Shown here: positions 44,654 to 56,722 of the stretch, one piece after another
How the letters are laid out: every line of letters begins with the position of its first letter
Position numbering within the stretch: the stretch's first letter is position 1
NCBI GenBank assembly: GCA_964016885.1
Contig: OZ024741.1
Span: 138,260,001 to 138,324,000 of the forward strand
Length of the DNA: 64,000 bases
Direction of reading: 5' to 3'
DNA from: Eledone cirrhosa
Lineage: Eukaryota
Translations under genes and position numbers: made by a program
The notes under the pieces: generated by a model
The model's input: only the letters and a program-made list of their open reading frames with translations
What the model was told of the DNA's origin: nothing
Database searches by the model: none

Positions 44654-45700
44654 CTCGTCTCACTCACCGAGCTGCAATCCTGGGTCAAGCAAAGACCGAG
44701 AAAACTGGGCGCCTGGCACACTGAGTGTGCCCAGGCGCTCACCGCCCTCTGGCAGGCGGATCCGGTTATCAGTGGAGACTCCACCGCAACATTCTATAGA
44801 GGGCTGGTACGCAGCAGGTGCGACGACGCCCTCGGAGAAGCCCTAGACATGGAGGAGGACGAACTGGCCAGCCTTTTCGGTAGGACATTCAGCCCGGGAC
44901 CTATGGACAACTTCCAGAAGTCCCTGGCCTGGCAGTGCTACCGAGGGGCTTTACCCGTTCGAGAAAGGCTCTACAGACACGGGCGCCCGGGTAGGGACCC
45001 CGCCAAAAAGATCTGTCCCAGATGCGTGTGCGACGAGGAAACCGTTGCACACGCATTAGTACACTGCTCGGGCGTAGCCGATCTGTGGGGCTATGTCGAA
45101 CAACTGCTGTCAAGGGTGGGACCGATCCGGTTGACCACCGAGTCTATTGTAATGATCAAGCCGCCTCCCCCCTTCAAAGATGAAGCAGAGGCGGTGTTTC
45201 TGTGCGTAATAGCCATGGCGAAAGAGGTTGTATGGTGGACGCGTCTGAAAGGACTGAGGTCGGGCACCTTTCTCTCTGGCCAACAACTGGTCCGTTTCTT
45301 CCGATATCATTTCGGAAGAAGGATCAGGATGGAGAGAGAGGTGCTGCACCCCAGCCGTTTCTATGAAAGATGGGTGAAAGTGGCGAGAATGGCCCGTGTG
45401 AATGGGCCTTCACTCTACATCAGACTATAGGTGAGGAAGATGAAAGACCAAGGGAGCACCCCTTCTCTGTGCTCCTGAGGAGAAGGGTTGCACACTTTTT
45501 TCGGGGGTGTGTGCGACCCCCCCAAGGCGCCTCCTCTCTATTGAGGATTTTGTTAAAAATTTTATTTTTTGTTATATCTTATTTTATTTTTATATTTTGT
45601 TATTGCCTCCTCCTTATTGAGGACGCCTTTTTGTGTAAACTCCCCCCTTTGTACTTGTCCCACTTTTGATGCCCTAGTGGCAAATAAAAGAAATATATCT
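44651..45700 (+). mobile_element. 5'-truncated copy of the young Tx1/L1-clade LINE
   Basis: Corresponds to 50393-51443; I see only about 3 substitutions plus homopolymer-length differences. Confidence 0.95.
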
Positions 45701-45923
45701 ATCTATCTCTGGGATGGACACACGCGTATAACTTGCTGAGTAAGTTCTGTTTAAATTTCTATAGAAATTCTTGTCTGATAACTTTAATTTTTGTACCATT
45801 TTGTAGAGGGACTGCCAGGTCAAACTTTGATCTGGTCAGTCTCTCAAAATATTCTACGCCTTTAGGCGAAATAGTTAAAAAAAAAAAAAGTTTTTTCTTG
45901 TTGAAAAGTCAATATTTTTTTAA

Positions 45924-47711
45924 ATGGCCGAAGCTTCTTCACCAAAATTCGAAGGAGGAAAGGGGAAGATGAACTTACAGCTTCCCCCTGCCACTGTCAC
46001 AGTAGCAGAGGTCAAGAAGATAGGTCAGCCAGAGGAAGAATTCTCTCCACCTGTTAACCGACAACTTGACGTTGCCATGGAAACAACCCAAAGAACCAGC
46101 AGCAACAGCAACAACAACAACAATGCGACGGACGAAAACAACACCAATAACAATAACAATAACAACAACAAGACCAATAACGGTGACAACAACAACAATG
46201 ATAACAACAACACCACCAACGACAACAACAACACAAACAAACAAAATTTCTCCTTCGCCGAGACGACAAGGAAAACCCTCGACTATCTGCCAGTAGATAT
46301 AACAAAAGCGAAGGAGCTACTGGCGGATGCGAAAAAATATATAGTGTACGGGGAAAATGGTTCATTCACAATCCATTCCCCCCCGGAACTAAAAAGCCAG
46401 AGACTCCTAAACACGGTCATGTTTAGGACAATCTCGAACAAAAGTAAAAAACCAGCTCAACCATCACAGAGCGAGATAGAGCTGGTTTTAAAAGACGTCA
46501 TGAAGGACATCACCTTCATTCAGAAGGATAGACTCTACGGGAGTCTATCCATTCTCATGAAGGACAGGGACACAGCAGTGAAACTGTCCATCAAACCAAT
46601 CACATCCACCGCATACACCTTCTACCCTACGTACATGGGTAGAAGAACACAAAAAATAAAAATCCACACCATCCTGCCGATTATGGACATATGGTGGGTT
46701 TTGACAGGTTTTCTGGACCTGGAGGATGACATGCTGGTGTCCATGGGAAAGGCATCGGGTGACGCGTTCAGTGGAACGAGCCTCGAACTTGTAGTTCAAA
46801 TGAGGCCCGAAAGGATCGCCCAGATCCCTGAACGCGTCATACTGGATGATCTAACCTTCATCAACATTACCGTTGAGGGTAGACGGCCCTCGTGTTACCT
46901 CTGCGGAACCAGAGGTCACCTGAGGGCTGTCTGTCCCCAACTTAATAAGAAAACCCCAATCCTGCCTACACCACCAACAACTGCACAACCAACACAATCA
47001 CCACAACTACCACTACAAAAACAACCACCACAGCTCAAACCAAAACAAAACAATGTCCAACCCATCCCCTCCACTCAAAAAACAAAAACAATTTCCAAAA
47101 CACCCGTACCGCAAACACAACCCGAAAATATACCCCTCCCCTCCAACGCGGAAGATGACCCTAGTTCGTCGTCAGACGAGGAGGAGCACTTCCACACAAT
47201 CAAAAGAAAAAAAAGAAAACACACCTCAGACACACAAATGAAAAAAAACCCTCCCCAAAACATAACACTGACACCAACACAAAAGAGCTCACAACAGCAA
47301 ACAAAAAACACCACACAAAAACAAAAACATGCATACACATACATAAATACAAGAAACAAAAAACTGTTAAACATTGTGTACAACAACAATCTAATAAAAA
47401 CACAAGGGCCTAACTTCACCCAGGCAGGGGATTTCCCCCACCTCAAAATGATTAAGGCCCCACAGGACACCTATAAAACTTTAAAAAACAATTTTAAAGA
47501 GGACGTGGGTCCCCCCTGCGTCGGGCCCATTAACCGCGTCCTCCTAAAAAACTATCCCACCCCCTCCCCAAACACCCTCACAACTCCAAGCTCCCCAACC
47601 ACACAACACACTGATGCCCCCACACTCCCACAAACCACCACCCCACCCAACAACCCATCCCCCACCCTAATGGAAATTGTGCAGCCCGATACCCGGGACG
47701 CAGAGAGGTAA
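45924..47711 (+). CDS. LINE ORF1 (gag-like nucleic-acid-binding protein)
   Basis: 595 aa, CCHC knuckle CYLCGTRGHLRAVC, Asn-rich N-terminus, basic KRKKRK, Pro/Thr/Gln-rich tail. Confidence 0.9.
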   Translation: MAEASSPKFEGGKGKMNLQLPPATVTVAEVKKIGQPEEEFSPPVNRQLDVAMETTQRTSSNSNNNNNATDENNTNNNNNNNNKTNNGDNNNNDNNNTTNDNNNTNKQNFSFAETTRKTLDYLPVDITKAKELLADAKKYIVYGENGSFTIHSPPELKSQRLLNTVMFRTISNKSKKPAQPSQSEIELVLKDVMKDITFIQKDRLYGSLSILMKDRDTAVKLSIKPITSTAYTFYPTYMGRRTQKIKIHTILPIMDIWWVLTGFLDLEDDMLVSMGKASGDAFSGTSLELVVQMRPERIAQIPERVILDDLTFINITVEGRRPSCYLCGTRGHLRAVCPQLNKKTPILPTPPTTAQPTQSPQLPLQKQPPQLKPKQNNVQPIPSTQKTKTISKTPVPQTQPENIPLPSNAEDDPSSSSDEEEHFHTIKRKKRKHTSDTQMKKNPPQNITLTPTQKSSQQQTKNTTQKQKHAYTYINTRNKKLLNIVYNNNLIKTQGPNFTQAGDFPHLKMIKAPQDTYKTLKNNFKEDVGPPCVGPINRVLLKNYPTPSPNTLTTPSSPTTQHTDAPTLPQTTTPPNNPSPTLMEIVQPDTRDAER

Positions 47712-47735
47712 GTGCCTTTTCTCTTCACCACCAAC

Positions 47736-50700
47736 ATGGCTATGCTAAGAGTAGGCTGTTTAAATGCGCGTGGCCTGGGCTCAACTTGGAAGCAAGCAAT
47801 GCTTCTAAATGACCTCAGGTCACAACGTATAGATGTGATGGTTATTTGCGAGGCCCGGATCAGCAACGTGCGACAGCTGTCCCCCACCTTTGATGACTTT
47901 GAGATGCACGCATCTCTCTGTCAGCCCGGAGGTGGGGGTGGAGTTGTCGTTCTGCTGCAAAAACATCTGGGTCTCGCAACACAGATGGTACATTTGGACC
48001 CGGAGGGTCGACTAGTGGTTCTGGACGTTGGCAGTGGTAAAGGCGGAGCGTTTAGGTTGGTAGCCGCCTACGGCCCTTTCGGGTCAATGCGGCCGGACTT
48101 CTTCCATCGTCTGGAGACTTTTCTAGGGACGTCCCGCTCCTTGCTATTAGTGGGGGACTGGAATGGTATCCTAGATGCACGCTGGGACTACGTAGGGGCC
48201 TGCCCCGATAGAGAGGGGTGTAATAGCCTCAAAGGGTTAATCGGTCGATTTGACCTGGCCGATAGATATCGACTAGATTTTCCGACTGCGCCAACCTGGA
48301 CTTGGGCAAATCGTAGCGGATCATCTAGGTCGTACCTAGATAGGTTCTTAGTTAGAATTAAGGATAAGGACTTTTAAGTTGTCCAAAAATGCGCATGGTT
48401 GGCTATTCAGACCACAAATTAGTGACCTGCATGGTCAACCTTGACAGAACTCATAGACAGGGCCCCGGTTACTGGAAGCTCAACTTGTCCTTGCCGGCAA
48501 GTAGAGCCTACAGGAATCGGATTAGTACGTTAGTTAAGGAACGGTTGACTGGAGCGATCGTCAACAGCAGGTGGTGGGTATCTCTAAAGAGAGAGATTAG
48601 AGTAGTCTCGATAGAATTTAGTAAGGTTCTAGCTGCGGATAGGAATATGAAGGAAAGGGAGCTAATAGATAGAGTAGAAGAGGCAATTAGAAGCGGCGAC
48701 GTGGCCAGAGTGCTAGCGTCGAGAACGGCTTTGAGCCAGTTTTTCGACGCGAAGCACGAAGGCTGCGTTGTCCGAAGTAAAATACGTGCTCTAGGGAACG
48801 AGGGGACCAAAGCTGTTAGCTGGGCCCGCGTGACAGAGGCCAACAGTGGAACTAAATCCACCATCCGGTCTTTGCGAGACCTGGATGGACGGGCGATTCT
48901 TGAGCCTAAGCAGATGTGTGAGGCCTTTCAAAGGCACTTTGCCCGACTGTTCGAGAGGGGCGGGGAGCCGGTTGGGAACGTGGACTTCGGTCCATACCTC
49001 GACGGCCTGCCGCGCCTCTCGGACAGGGAGGCGAAGTCCTGCGAGGAGCCGATTTCGGCCGCTGAGATAGAGGGCGTGCTGAGCCAATGCGGCAAACGCA
49101 AATCCCCGGGTCTCGATGGTCTTCCTTACGAATTATATCTAGCTATGCCGGACTTGTTCCCCGATCTCCTCGAGGCGGTCTACTGCAACTGGCAACAGAA
49201 CGGGAGAATTCCCTGTACTGTGACCAAGGGCGTAGTCACGCTAGTGAGGAAGGACGAGAACAAGGGGGACGAAATAAGTAACTTCAGGCCCATAACACTG
49301 CTAAATACAGAGTTACAGATTTTGGCCAAGGTGCTAGCAAAGAGGTTGGCGCTTGTCGTGGGCAACCTGGTGGGAGATGCGCAGACATGCGCTATCCCGT
49401 CCAGGTCCATCCATGACAACCTCCACCTCATGCGATACATCATAGAGAGGGTTGGGAACGAACCCGGCTTTGGTGGGGCTCTGATCAACTTGGATCAATC
49501 TAAGGCGTTCGATAGGGTCGACCATGGTTACCTGGATGCGGTGCTAGCGGCGGCAGGCTTCGGACCCGTTTTCAGGGGCTGGATCACTGCTATGCACAGC
49601 AGCCGCATCTGCTCTAGGGTCAAGGTGAACGGCTACCTCTCGGAGCCGTTCAAAATCGCGCGGTCCATCCGACAAGGGTGCCCTCTCTCCTCCCTTCTGT
49701 ATGTGTTGACTCTCGAGCCACTACTGCGGAAGTTGGAGTTGTTGCAGGGCATCCCTTTGGAACCGGGATTGCGGAAAGCGGTGTCGGCCTACGCCGATGA
49801 CGTGACAGTAATGGTGTCGACGGCCTCCGAAATCGAGGCGGTCGGCACCTTACTGGAGGAGTACGAAAAGTTCACAGGGGCTAAGCTGAACCGGGACAAG
49901 TCGATCGGTTTGCAACTCGGCACGTGGAGGGGCAGACCGATGCCCTCCGATAGCGTCGTCGGACGCTGGACGGAGGGCCCTCTGAAGTTGCTCGGGGTCT
50001 GGTTCGGACCGGACCTCCAGGTGGAGAAAAACTGGGCGGAGGTTACGAACAGGGTGTTTGCACTGACCCAGAAGTGGGCCAGTTGCAAACTATCCCTGAA
50101 AGGTCGGGCGGAGGTGGCGAACACCTACATAGCGTCCGTCATCTACTACCGCCTGACCGTAGTGCCCTGCCCAAGGGAAACCCTCACCAAGATGGAGCGC
50201 GCGCTCTTCCAATTCCTTTGGAAGAGGCGGGCTCCTATGGTGAGGAGATCCATCTGCTGTCAACACCCTTCGAAAGGAGGGCTGGGGATGCCGTGGCTAA
50301 TGATGCGTAAACACGCATTAAGGCTACGGCACCTCTACGTATTCCTCACCGGACAACCGGTGTGGGCCTCGTTTGTGAGACGAACCTTTCCCAGACTCGT
50401 CTCACTCACCGAGCTGCAATCCTGGGTCAAGCAAAGACCGAGAAAACTGGGCGCCTGGCACACTGAGTGTGCCCAGGCGCTCACCGCCCTCTGGCAGGCG
50501 GATCCGGTTGTCAGTGGAGACTCCACCGCAACATTCTATAGAGGGCTGGTACGCAGCAGGTGCGACGACGCCCTCGGAGAAGCCCTAGACATGGAGGAGG
50601 GCGAACTGGCCAGCCTGTTCGGTAGGACATTCAGCCCGGGACCTATGGACAACTTCCAGAAGTCCCTGGCCTGGCAGTGCTACCGAGGGGCTTTACCCGT

Positions 50701-51172
50701 TCGAGAAAGGCTCTACAGACACGGGCGCCCGGGTAGGGACCCCGCCAAAAAGATCTGTCCCAGATGCGTGTGCGACGAGGAAACCGTTGCACACGCATTA
50801 GTACACTGCTCGGGCGTAGCCGATCTGTGGGGCTATGTCGAACAACTGCTGTCAAGGGTGGGACCGATCCGGTTGACCACCGAGTCTATTGTAATGATCA
50901 AGCCGCCTCCCCCCTTCAAAGATGAAGCAGAGGCGGTGTTTCTGTGCGTAATAGCCATGGCGAAAGAGGTTGTATGGTGGACGCGTCTGAAAGGACTGAG
51001 GTCGGGCACCTTTCTCTCTGGCCAACAACTGGTCCGTTTCTTCCGATATCATTTCGGAAGAAGGATCAGGATGGAGAGAGAGGTGCTGCACCCCAGCCGT
51101 TTCTATGAAAGATGGGTGAAAGTGGCGAGAATGGCCCGTGTGAATGGGCCTTCACTCTACATCAGACTATAG
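47736..51172 (+). CDS. LINE ORF2: APE endonuclease + reverse transcriptase + C-terminal Cys motif; one -1 frameshift near 48372-48375
   Basis: LNARG, E, GDWN, SYLDRF, SDH (APE); KSPGLDG, NFRPITLL, DQSKAFD, RQGCPLS, YADD (RT); CPRC..ETVAHALVHC. Confidence 0.93.
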
Positions 51173-51452
51173 GTGAGGAAGATGAAAGACCAAGGGAGCA
51201 CCCCTTCTCTGTGCTCCTGAGGAGAAGGGTTGCACACTTTTTTCGGGGGTGTGTGCGACCCCCCAAGGCGCCTCCTCTCTATTGAGGATTTTGTTAAAAA
51301 AAATTTTATTTTTTGTTATATCTTATTTTATTTTTATATTTTGTTATTGCCTCCTCCTTATTGAGGACGCCTTTTTGTGTAAACTCCCCCCTTTGTACTT
51401 GTCCCACTTTTGATGCCCTAGTGGCAAATAAAAGAAATATATCTTATCTATC

Positions 51453-51513
<61 letters not shown>

Positions 51514-51514
51514 A

Positions 51515-51560
<46 letters not shown>

Positions 51561-52199
51561 ACATGTGTGTGTGTGCGCGCGCGTGTGTGTGTAGCATAAT
51601 TTATGAATAAGCAGTGAACTCGACTACCAGCAATTTCAGCGCCTTCTATAACACATTACAATTTTCTCATATATATATATATATATATTTAGATATATAT
51701 ATATTTATATATATATATATATTTATATATACATATATTTATATATATATATATATATACGAGTAAAAAGGCATAGTTCCTAAGCTGAAGAGACTTCTTT
51801 CGATATGAGAAAATTGTAATGTGTTATATATATATATATATATATACATTTTGTATATCAGGGACTCAACTATCCATTGAGTGAAAAAAAAAAGACTTAA
51901 ATACTTAACATAGAGTTTTATTGTATCACATGTTATGGGCAGTGAATTTGTAGAATTGTTCAAGCCCGTACAAAATGCTTCGTAGTATTTGCTTGTAGTT
52001 CTGTATATTCTGTGTTTAAATGCCTTTCATAATTTCCAGGTTAATAAAACAAAGTAGCGTTCAAGTAATACAGCCAATAATTCAACTTTCTCCTTCCCAT
52101 ATAGCAGGTCATGTGCTTATGTAAGCAACAATAATTATGTTGCTCGTTAGGTTTGTAGATTATGAAACTACTTACAGTATTAGTTACAGCTCTTTCAAT

Positions 52200-52330
52200 T
52201 TCATCCGGGTAAATTTGCTTTTCATCATTCGGAGTCAATAAAATAAATTAGCATTCAAGAACTGGAGTCGATTTAATCAACTTTTCCGTCCCTCCAGATT
52301 TACTGACCATATACCTAAATTAGGAATCAT
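52200..52330 (+). mobile_element. Degenerate SINE 3' half
   Basis: tttgcttttcatcattcggagtcaataaaataa...ctggagtcgatttaatcaactt. Confidence 0.55.
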
Positions 52331-52707
52331 GACAATCATACTCTTCATTAATATTTCTGAATATTTGAACTTAATTCCCCATCATCAAGGCTTTTGAAAC
52401 TCTGATAACCGTTCCATTTGCAGGAACAAAGGAACAACATTCTTGTAAAATTTACGTGCGAATATATTTTAGAAATAAATAGCATATGCAAGTATGAGCC
52501 TTCTTTTATATACTTCACTAACAGACGAGATATCCTTTAAATTTAAGTTAATAATTATTAGTGTTAAATGCACATTCCGGCCGGTAATCCACTGGTCAAA
52601 ATATAACATATATATAAACACGTATTGGAAATATATCTCATTGGTATAGATTAATAGTATAGAGTGAATGTAAAAACGTCTAGTTTATATATATATATAT
52701 ATATAGA

Positions 52708-52879
52708 AGTGGTTACACAACAGTTAGTTCACCATCAACACCGAGAACAATTGTTTCACTTTAGCGGATCCTCAGCTAGTTATCTTTACGAGCTGAGGAT
52801 CGTAATCTTTATGAGCTGATGATCCGCTAAGGTGAAACAATTGTTCTCGATATGGTGAACTATCTGTTGTGTAACCACT
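52708..52879. repeat. Miniature fold-back with hammerheads in both arms (52742-52777 minus; 52811-52849 plus)
   Basis: Plus copy: UGAG-CUGAUGA-uccgcuaaggu-GAAAC-AAUU-GUU-CUCG. Arms 52708-52777 / 52814-52879; (TA)n flanks. Confidence 0.8.
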
Positions 52880-53131
52880 CCTACCTAACTCGTCGCATGG
52901 ACTGAGTGCTCTACCACTACGGATATTACCTTTCAGTGTTCTACCACTATATATATATATATATATATTTGAAAAAAGGAAAGGAACGACTTCACTTGTA
53001 GTTCTAAATAATTTTATTTAATTCTATAATAACATACTAATAAATTAAATCAAATTATTTAGAAATTCAAGTGAAGTCATTATTTTCCTTTTTTCAAATA
53101 TACCTAACTGTAGCAAGGATCTCACAAATTT

Positions 53132-53186
<55 letters not shown>

Positions 53187-53214
53187 GCGTGTGTGTATAT
53201 ATATATACATACAT

Positions 53215-53276
<62 letters not shown>

Positions 53277-53344
53277 GATATGTCCCAAGGCTCTGATACC
53301 ATCAACACCATAAACACAGAGCTGGCATATCTAAAAACTGACTA

Positions 53345-53400
53345 ACTGCCTGATGAGGTCATAGCCATTCAATGGCTATCATCGAAATATATATAGCAGT
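53345..53400 (+). ncRNA. Minimal type I hammerhead ribozyme, intact
   Basis: ACUGC/GCAGU helix I; CUGAUGA 53350-53356; helix II ggucauagccau/auggcuaucauc; GAAA 53384-53387; UAUAUA; AUA triplet. Confidence 0.88.
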
Positions 53401-53445
53401 AAATAAAGGATTATGAGTTCATGGAATTGACTTATGTTTCGTCAC

Positions 53446-53545
<100 letters not shown>

Positions 53546-53557
53546 TATTTATTCTAA

Positions 53558-53662
53558 AGAAACAGGACCCCGACAGCTGAGCTCTCGGTTGCAACAGCCA
53601 GTTCCAGAGTCTAGAACTGGCTGTTGAAACGGCAAGAGCTCAGCCATCGTGGTCCTGTTTCT
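53558..53662. repeat. 105-bp fold-back hairpin built from the 3' half of a hammerhead (related to the 60382 family)
   Basis: agaaacaggacc...gctgagctct...caacagccagttc / gaactggctgttg...agagctcagc...ggtcctgtttct; contains GAAACGGC-aagagctca-GCC. Confidence 0.8.
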
Positions 53663-53678
53663 ATATATATATTTATAT

Positions 53679-53753
<75 letters not shown>

Positions 53754-55040
53754 GAGAGAGAGAGAGAATTAGCAATTTAGACTAGTAACATCGTGTTCAG
53801 CTAAGTACTGGTTACCTGGTAAAGAATAATGTATGTATGGTAAATAGTTAGTGCCCAACAACCCCATTTGTTTAAGAAGGGGATGTATTGATTTTGAAAA
53901 ATTGAGCAGCTGGTCTCAGCATGTCGTCTCCGGTGTAACATTTTGTCCGCCGATAAATATTTCATCCCTCATCCACTAGCCCCCGTTCGTCTCACACGTT
54001 TTCCTTTATGGAACATTCATCTAACAGATGGTAAAGGAATCATCTCGTAATATATTTTAGATGTGAGCGTGCTGGACTGGCAGAATAGTACGTACATTTC
54101 ATAAAATGGTAAGCAACATTAATTTCAGGTTTCAAATTCGGCCAGGTTGATCTTTGTTTTGCATCCTAGAAAGCTACATAAATCAATTTAACAATCCAAT
54201 CCTGCTGTCGATTTAATCAGCCCCTTACTAACCCCTCACCTCTATCACAACCTTCATCACTACCTACAATATTATGCTTGAGCCTAAATTAGAAACAACA
54301 TTTATTCTGTAGTTTCAGGTAGTGGGGTTTTTAGTTATTGTTTATGTTAAATGGGGATGTGCTAGCACACATATTCCACATGAAGAATGTAATGGTTGCA
54401 ATCATATGAATATTTAATTTGGCATAGTATCTAGTAGAACGAAAAAATACATTTAAAATACCGTAGTGCAATTCTTATCTCTTTATAATGCTCCTATGTA
54501 TTACCAATTTTCTCAAAAATACTCTATTTTAAAGGACATGTTGGGCATAGTGTATATTTGTTACCAGTGTGTGTTATGCATACATTAAAGTTTGAAGCTA
54601 GCTCTAAATCCATATTAATATTTTTTCCAATTATATTCTGCCTCTCCTATTCTCCATGCAATCGTGTTTTTTCACCACTGAAAATTATTTCACACGTCAA
54701 ATAAAATCTTTAAATCTGGAATTGTATTATCATCTAATTGCTATTTGATTGAAAACTATATTTTTTCAATAATTATATTTCTGCAATAATTATAACTGGT
54801 TATTTGCGTACTAACATTTACGGTTATTCTGGACTGTTTACTGTTAAGAGAGTTTTTTTTATCATGGCTATATATTATTTAATGAAACAGCAATGTGTGA
54901 TGTTTTTCTCTCAGTTCATACATTAATATATTTGTCCAAACAAATGAACAACCCGCTCGTGATGTTTATGTGCTTGTTGCTGACCAATCATTAGAGGCGT
55001 GCAACATTTTAAAGTAGATCTCAGGCAGATACTGCGTGGC

Positions 55041-55100
55041 TGTGAAAACGCATTCTGTGAAAATACATTCTGCGAAAACGCAATCTGTGAAAATGCATTC
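55041..55100 (+). repeat. 15-bp minisatellite x4 (TGTGAAAAYGCATTC)
   Basis: tgtgaaaacgcattc tgtgaaaatacattc tgcgaaaacgcaatc tgtgaaaatgcattc. Confidence 0.9.
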
Positions 55101-55556
55101 TTAAAATCCCAGCGTAGTGGATTTAATGTATGTTTTCGACTCTTTACATTTGAGTGTCACCAGATAAACTTACCATTCACCCTTTAGAGTTTGATAAAAG
55201 AAAGAAACAATGACGTTCAATGGTCAATATAGTTGACTCCCCACTTCACGATTTAAATTAGAAATACTTATATAGTGAACCATGTTAAAAGTCAACATAC
55301 CACGCAGCGGAAAATGGTGAGGGCATTGTTGATTGTTTATTTTTTTGTTTAACAAAACGGCGGGTCTCCTGAAAGTAATATATTTCATTCAGCTTAACAA
55401 AAATTGTCTTCGATAAGTTTAGAAAGTTTGTTATTTGGGGACGAAAGCGCATAACATAGTCGTGAGGGCATTGAGATCACACTCACAAAGTTATAATGCT
55501 TTCGATGACGACATATCTTCTTTTTCTTGTCGTATGGCAGATGTACTGTAGCTAGA

Positions 55557-56305
55557 GAGGTGTGTCTGATGCACACACACACCAAACAGCGTAGCTTAGG
55601 ATTTACATACTCAGTTGCAGTGAGCTGCCATTGGTCTGGACAGTGAGCTGCCATACCAAACAAGTTGACACCATCCTCAACCCAGATACTATTCTCAATG
55701 AGAATAGTATCTGGCACACTGAAATCTACCCTACTCAGTGGCTGCCTCTCTATCAATGCAATGGCTGTTCCGCAATCGGATTTGAACAACACATCATCTC
55801 CATCGATGGAAAATGAAAGACATCCCAGCATGTGAATGTAGGGACGCTGACTTCCAGCTGTTTCCAGTAAATTTGTGGATGTTATTAATCCTGTGCTCGA
55901 GCTTTCCGGCAACCCTCTTTAGATGCCTCCGGTAAGTCAGGCTGCGATACAATGTTATACCATTCGGAGTGTTGTTTATTCCTGGCAGGTCTACTACAAA
56001 ATGAGATTTTGAGATCTCGTCTAGATTGCCTAGTGCTCAAATGGAAGGCTGACACAGTGGTATTACCTGGGTTGGGACGAAGGCGCCACTAGGAGTACTT
56101 GTCCTCCATCTTCTTCATGTATTCTGAGTATAATGTTGAGTTTGTCAAAGTCGGTAGATTGCATAGCCAAGGCAAGGCCATCTGCATATGCAAATTTCAT
56201 CAAATTGTTCTGGGAATATCACTCAAGTAGATGCTGAAGAGCATTGGTGCGAGGGTGGAACATTAATGCAAGCCATGATTCAATGGTTCTTATATATACT
56301 ATATG

Positions 56306-56394
<89 letters not shown>

Positions 56395-56530
56395 TATGTG
56401 AGTGTGTGTGTCTGATCACCTAGTGACACTCTGAACCTTATGTTACAGAGTATGGAGGCAAGGATGTTCACAGTTGCCTGGCACTGAAACAATGAATGAG
56501 TTGCGACCACACTGGGGACATTATTTCTGG
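55557..56530 (-). mobile_element. Decayed Ingi/Vingi-like LINE RT fragment with an internal inversion and a (TA)n interruption
   Basis: Minus 56530-55851: ..STLAPMLFSIYLSD..KFAYADGLALA..LTYRRHL..SW. Plus 55557-55850: YSVA..HTKQVDTILN..MRIVSGTLKSTPTQWLP. Confidence 0.7.
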
Positions 56531-56559
56531 GTATTTACCCTTTCCTTAATCAATATCGT

Positions 56560-56722
56560 TTTCCGCATTTCTTTTCAGATTTCCACGAGGTTAGCATAGC
56601 TTTTTATCCCTAGGGCACATATGAAATAAAGTACCAGTAACGCATTGAGGTCGATTCAATCGATTTTCCCCCTTCCCACAAATTGCTGTCCTTTTGCCTA
56701 ATGTAGAATACAATTATTATAA
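56560..56722 (+). mobile_element. SINE copy with ATT tail
   Basis: aaataaagtaccagtaacgcattgaggtcgattcaatcga..ttgctgtccttttgcctaatgtagaatacaattattat. Confidence 0.7.

Larger units (their letters stand above)
45708..51443 (+). mobile_element. Full-length young Tx1/L1-clade LINE inserted in (TATC)n
   Basis: 5' UTR, ORF1, ORF2, 3' UTR with AATAAA, directly followed by (TATC)n to about 51560; preceded by TATCTATCTATC. Confidence 0.95.

Noticed and set aside
45472-45510. CTGAGGA in the LINE 3' UTR
   Set aside because: Part of an ordinary stem-loop; lacks GAAA and helix III.
55041-55100. Short direct repeats as a CRISPR-like array
   Set aside because: No spacers, eukaryotic context; a simple minisatellite.
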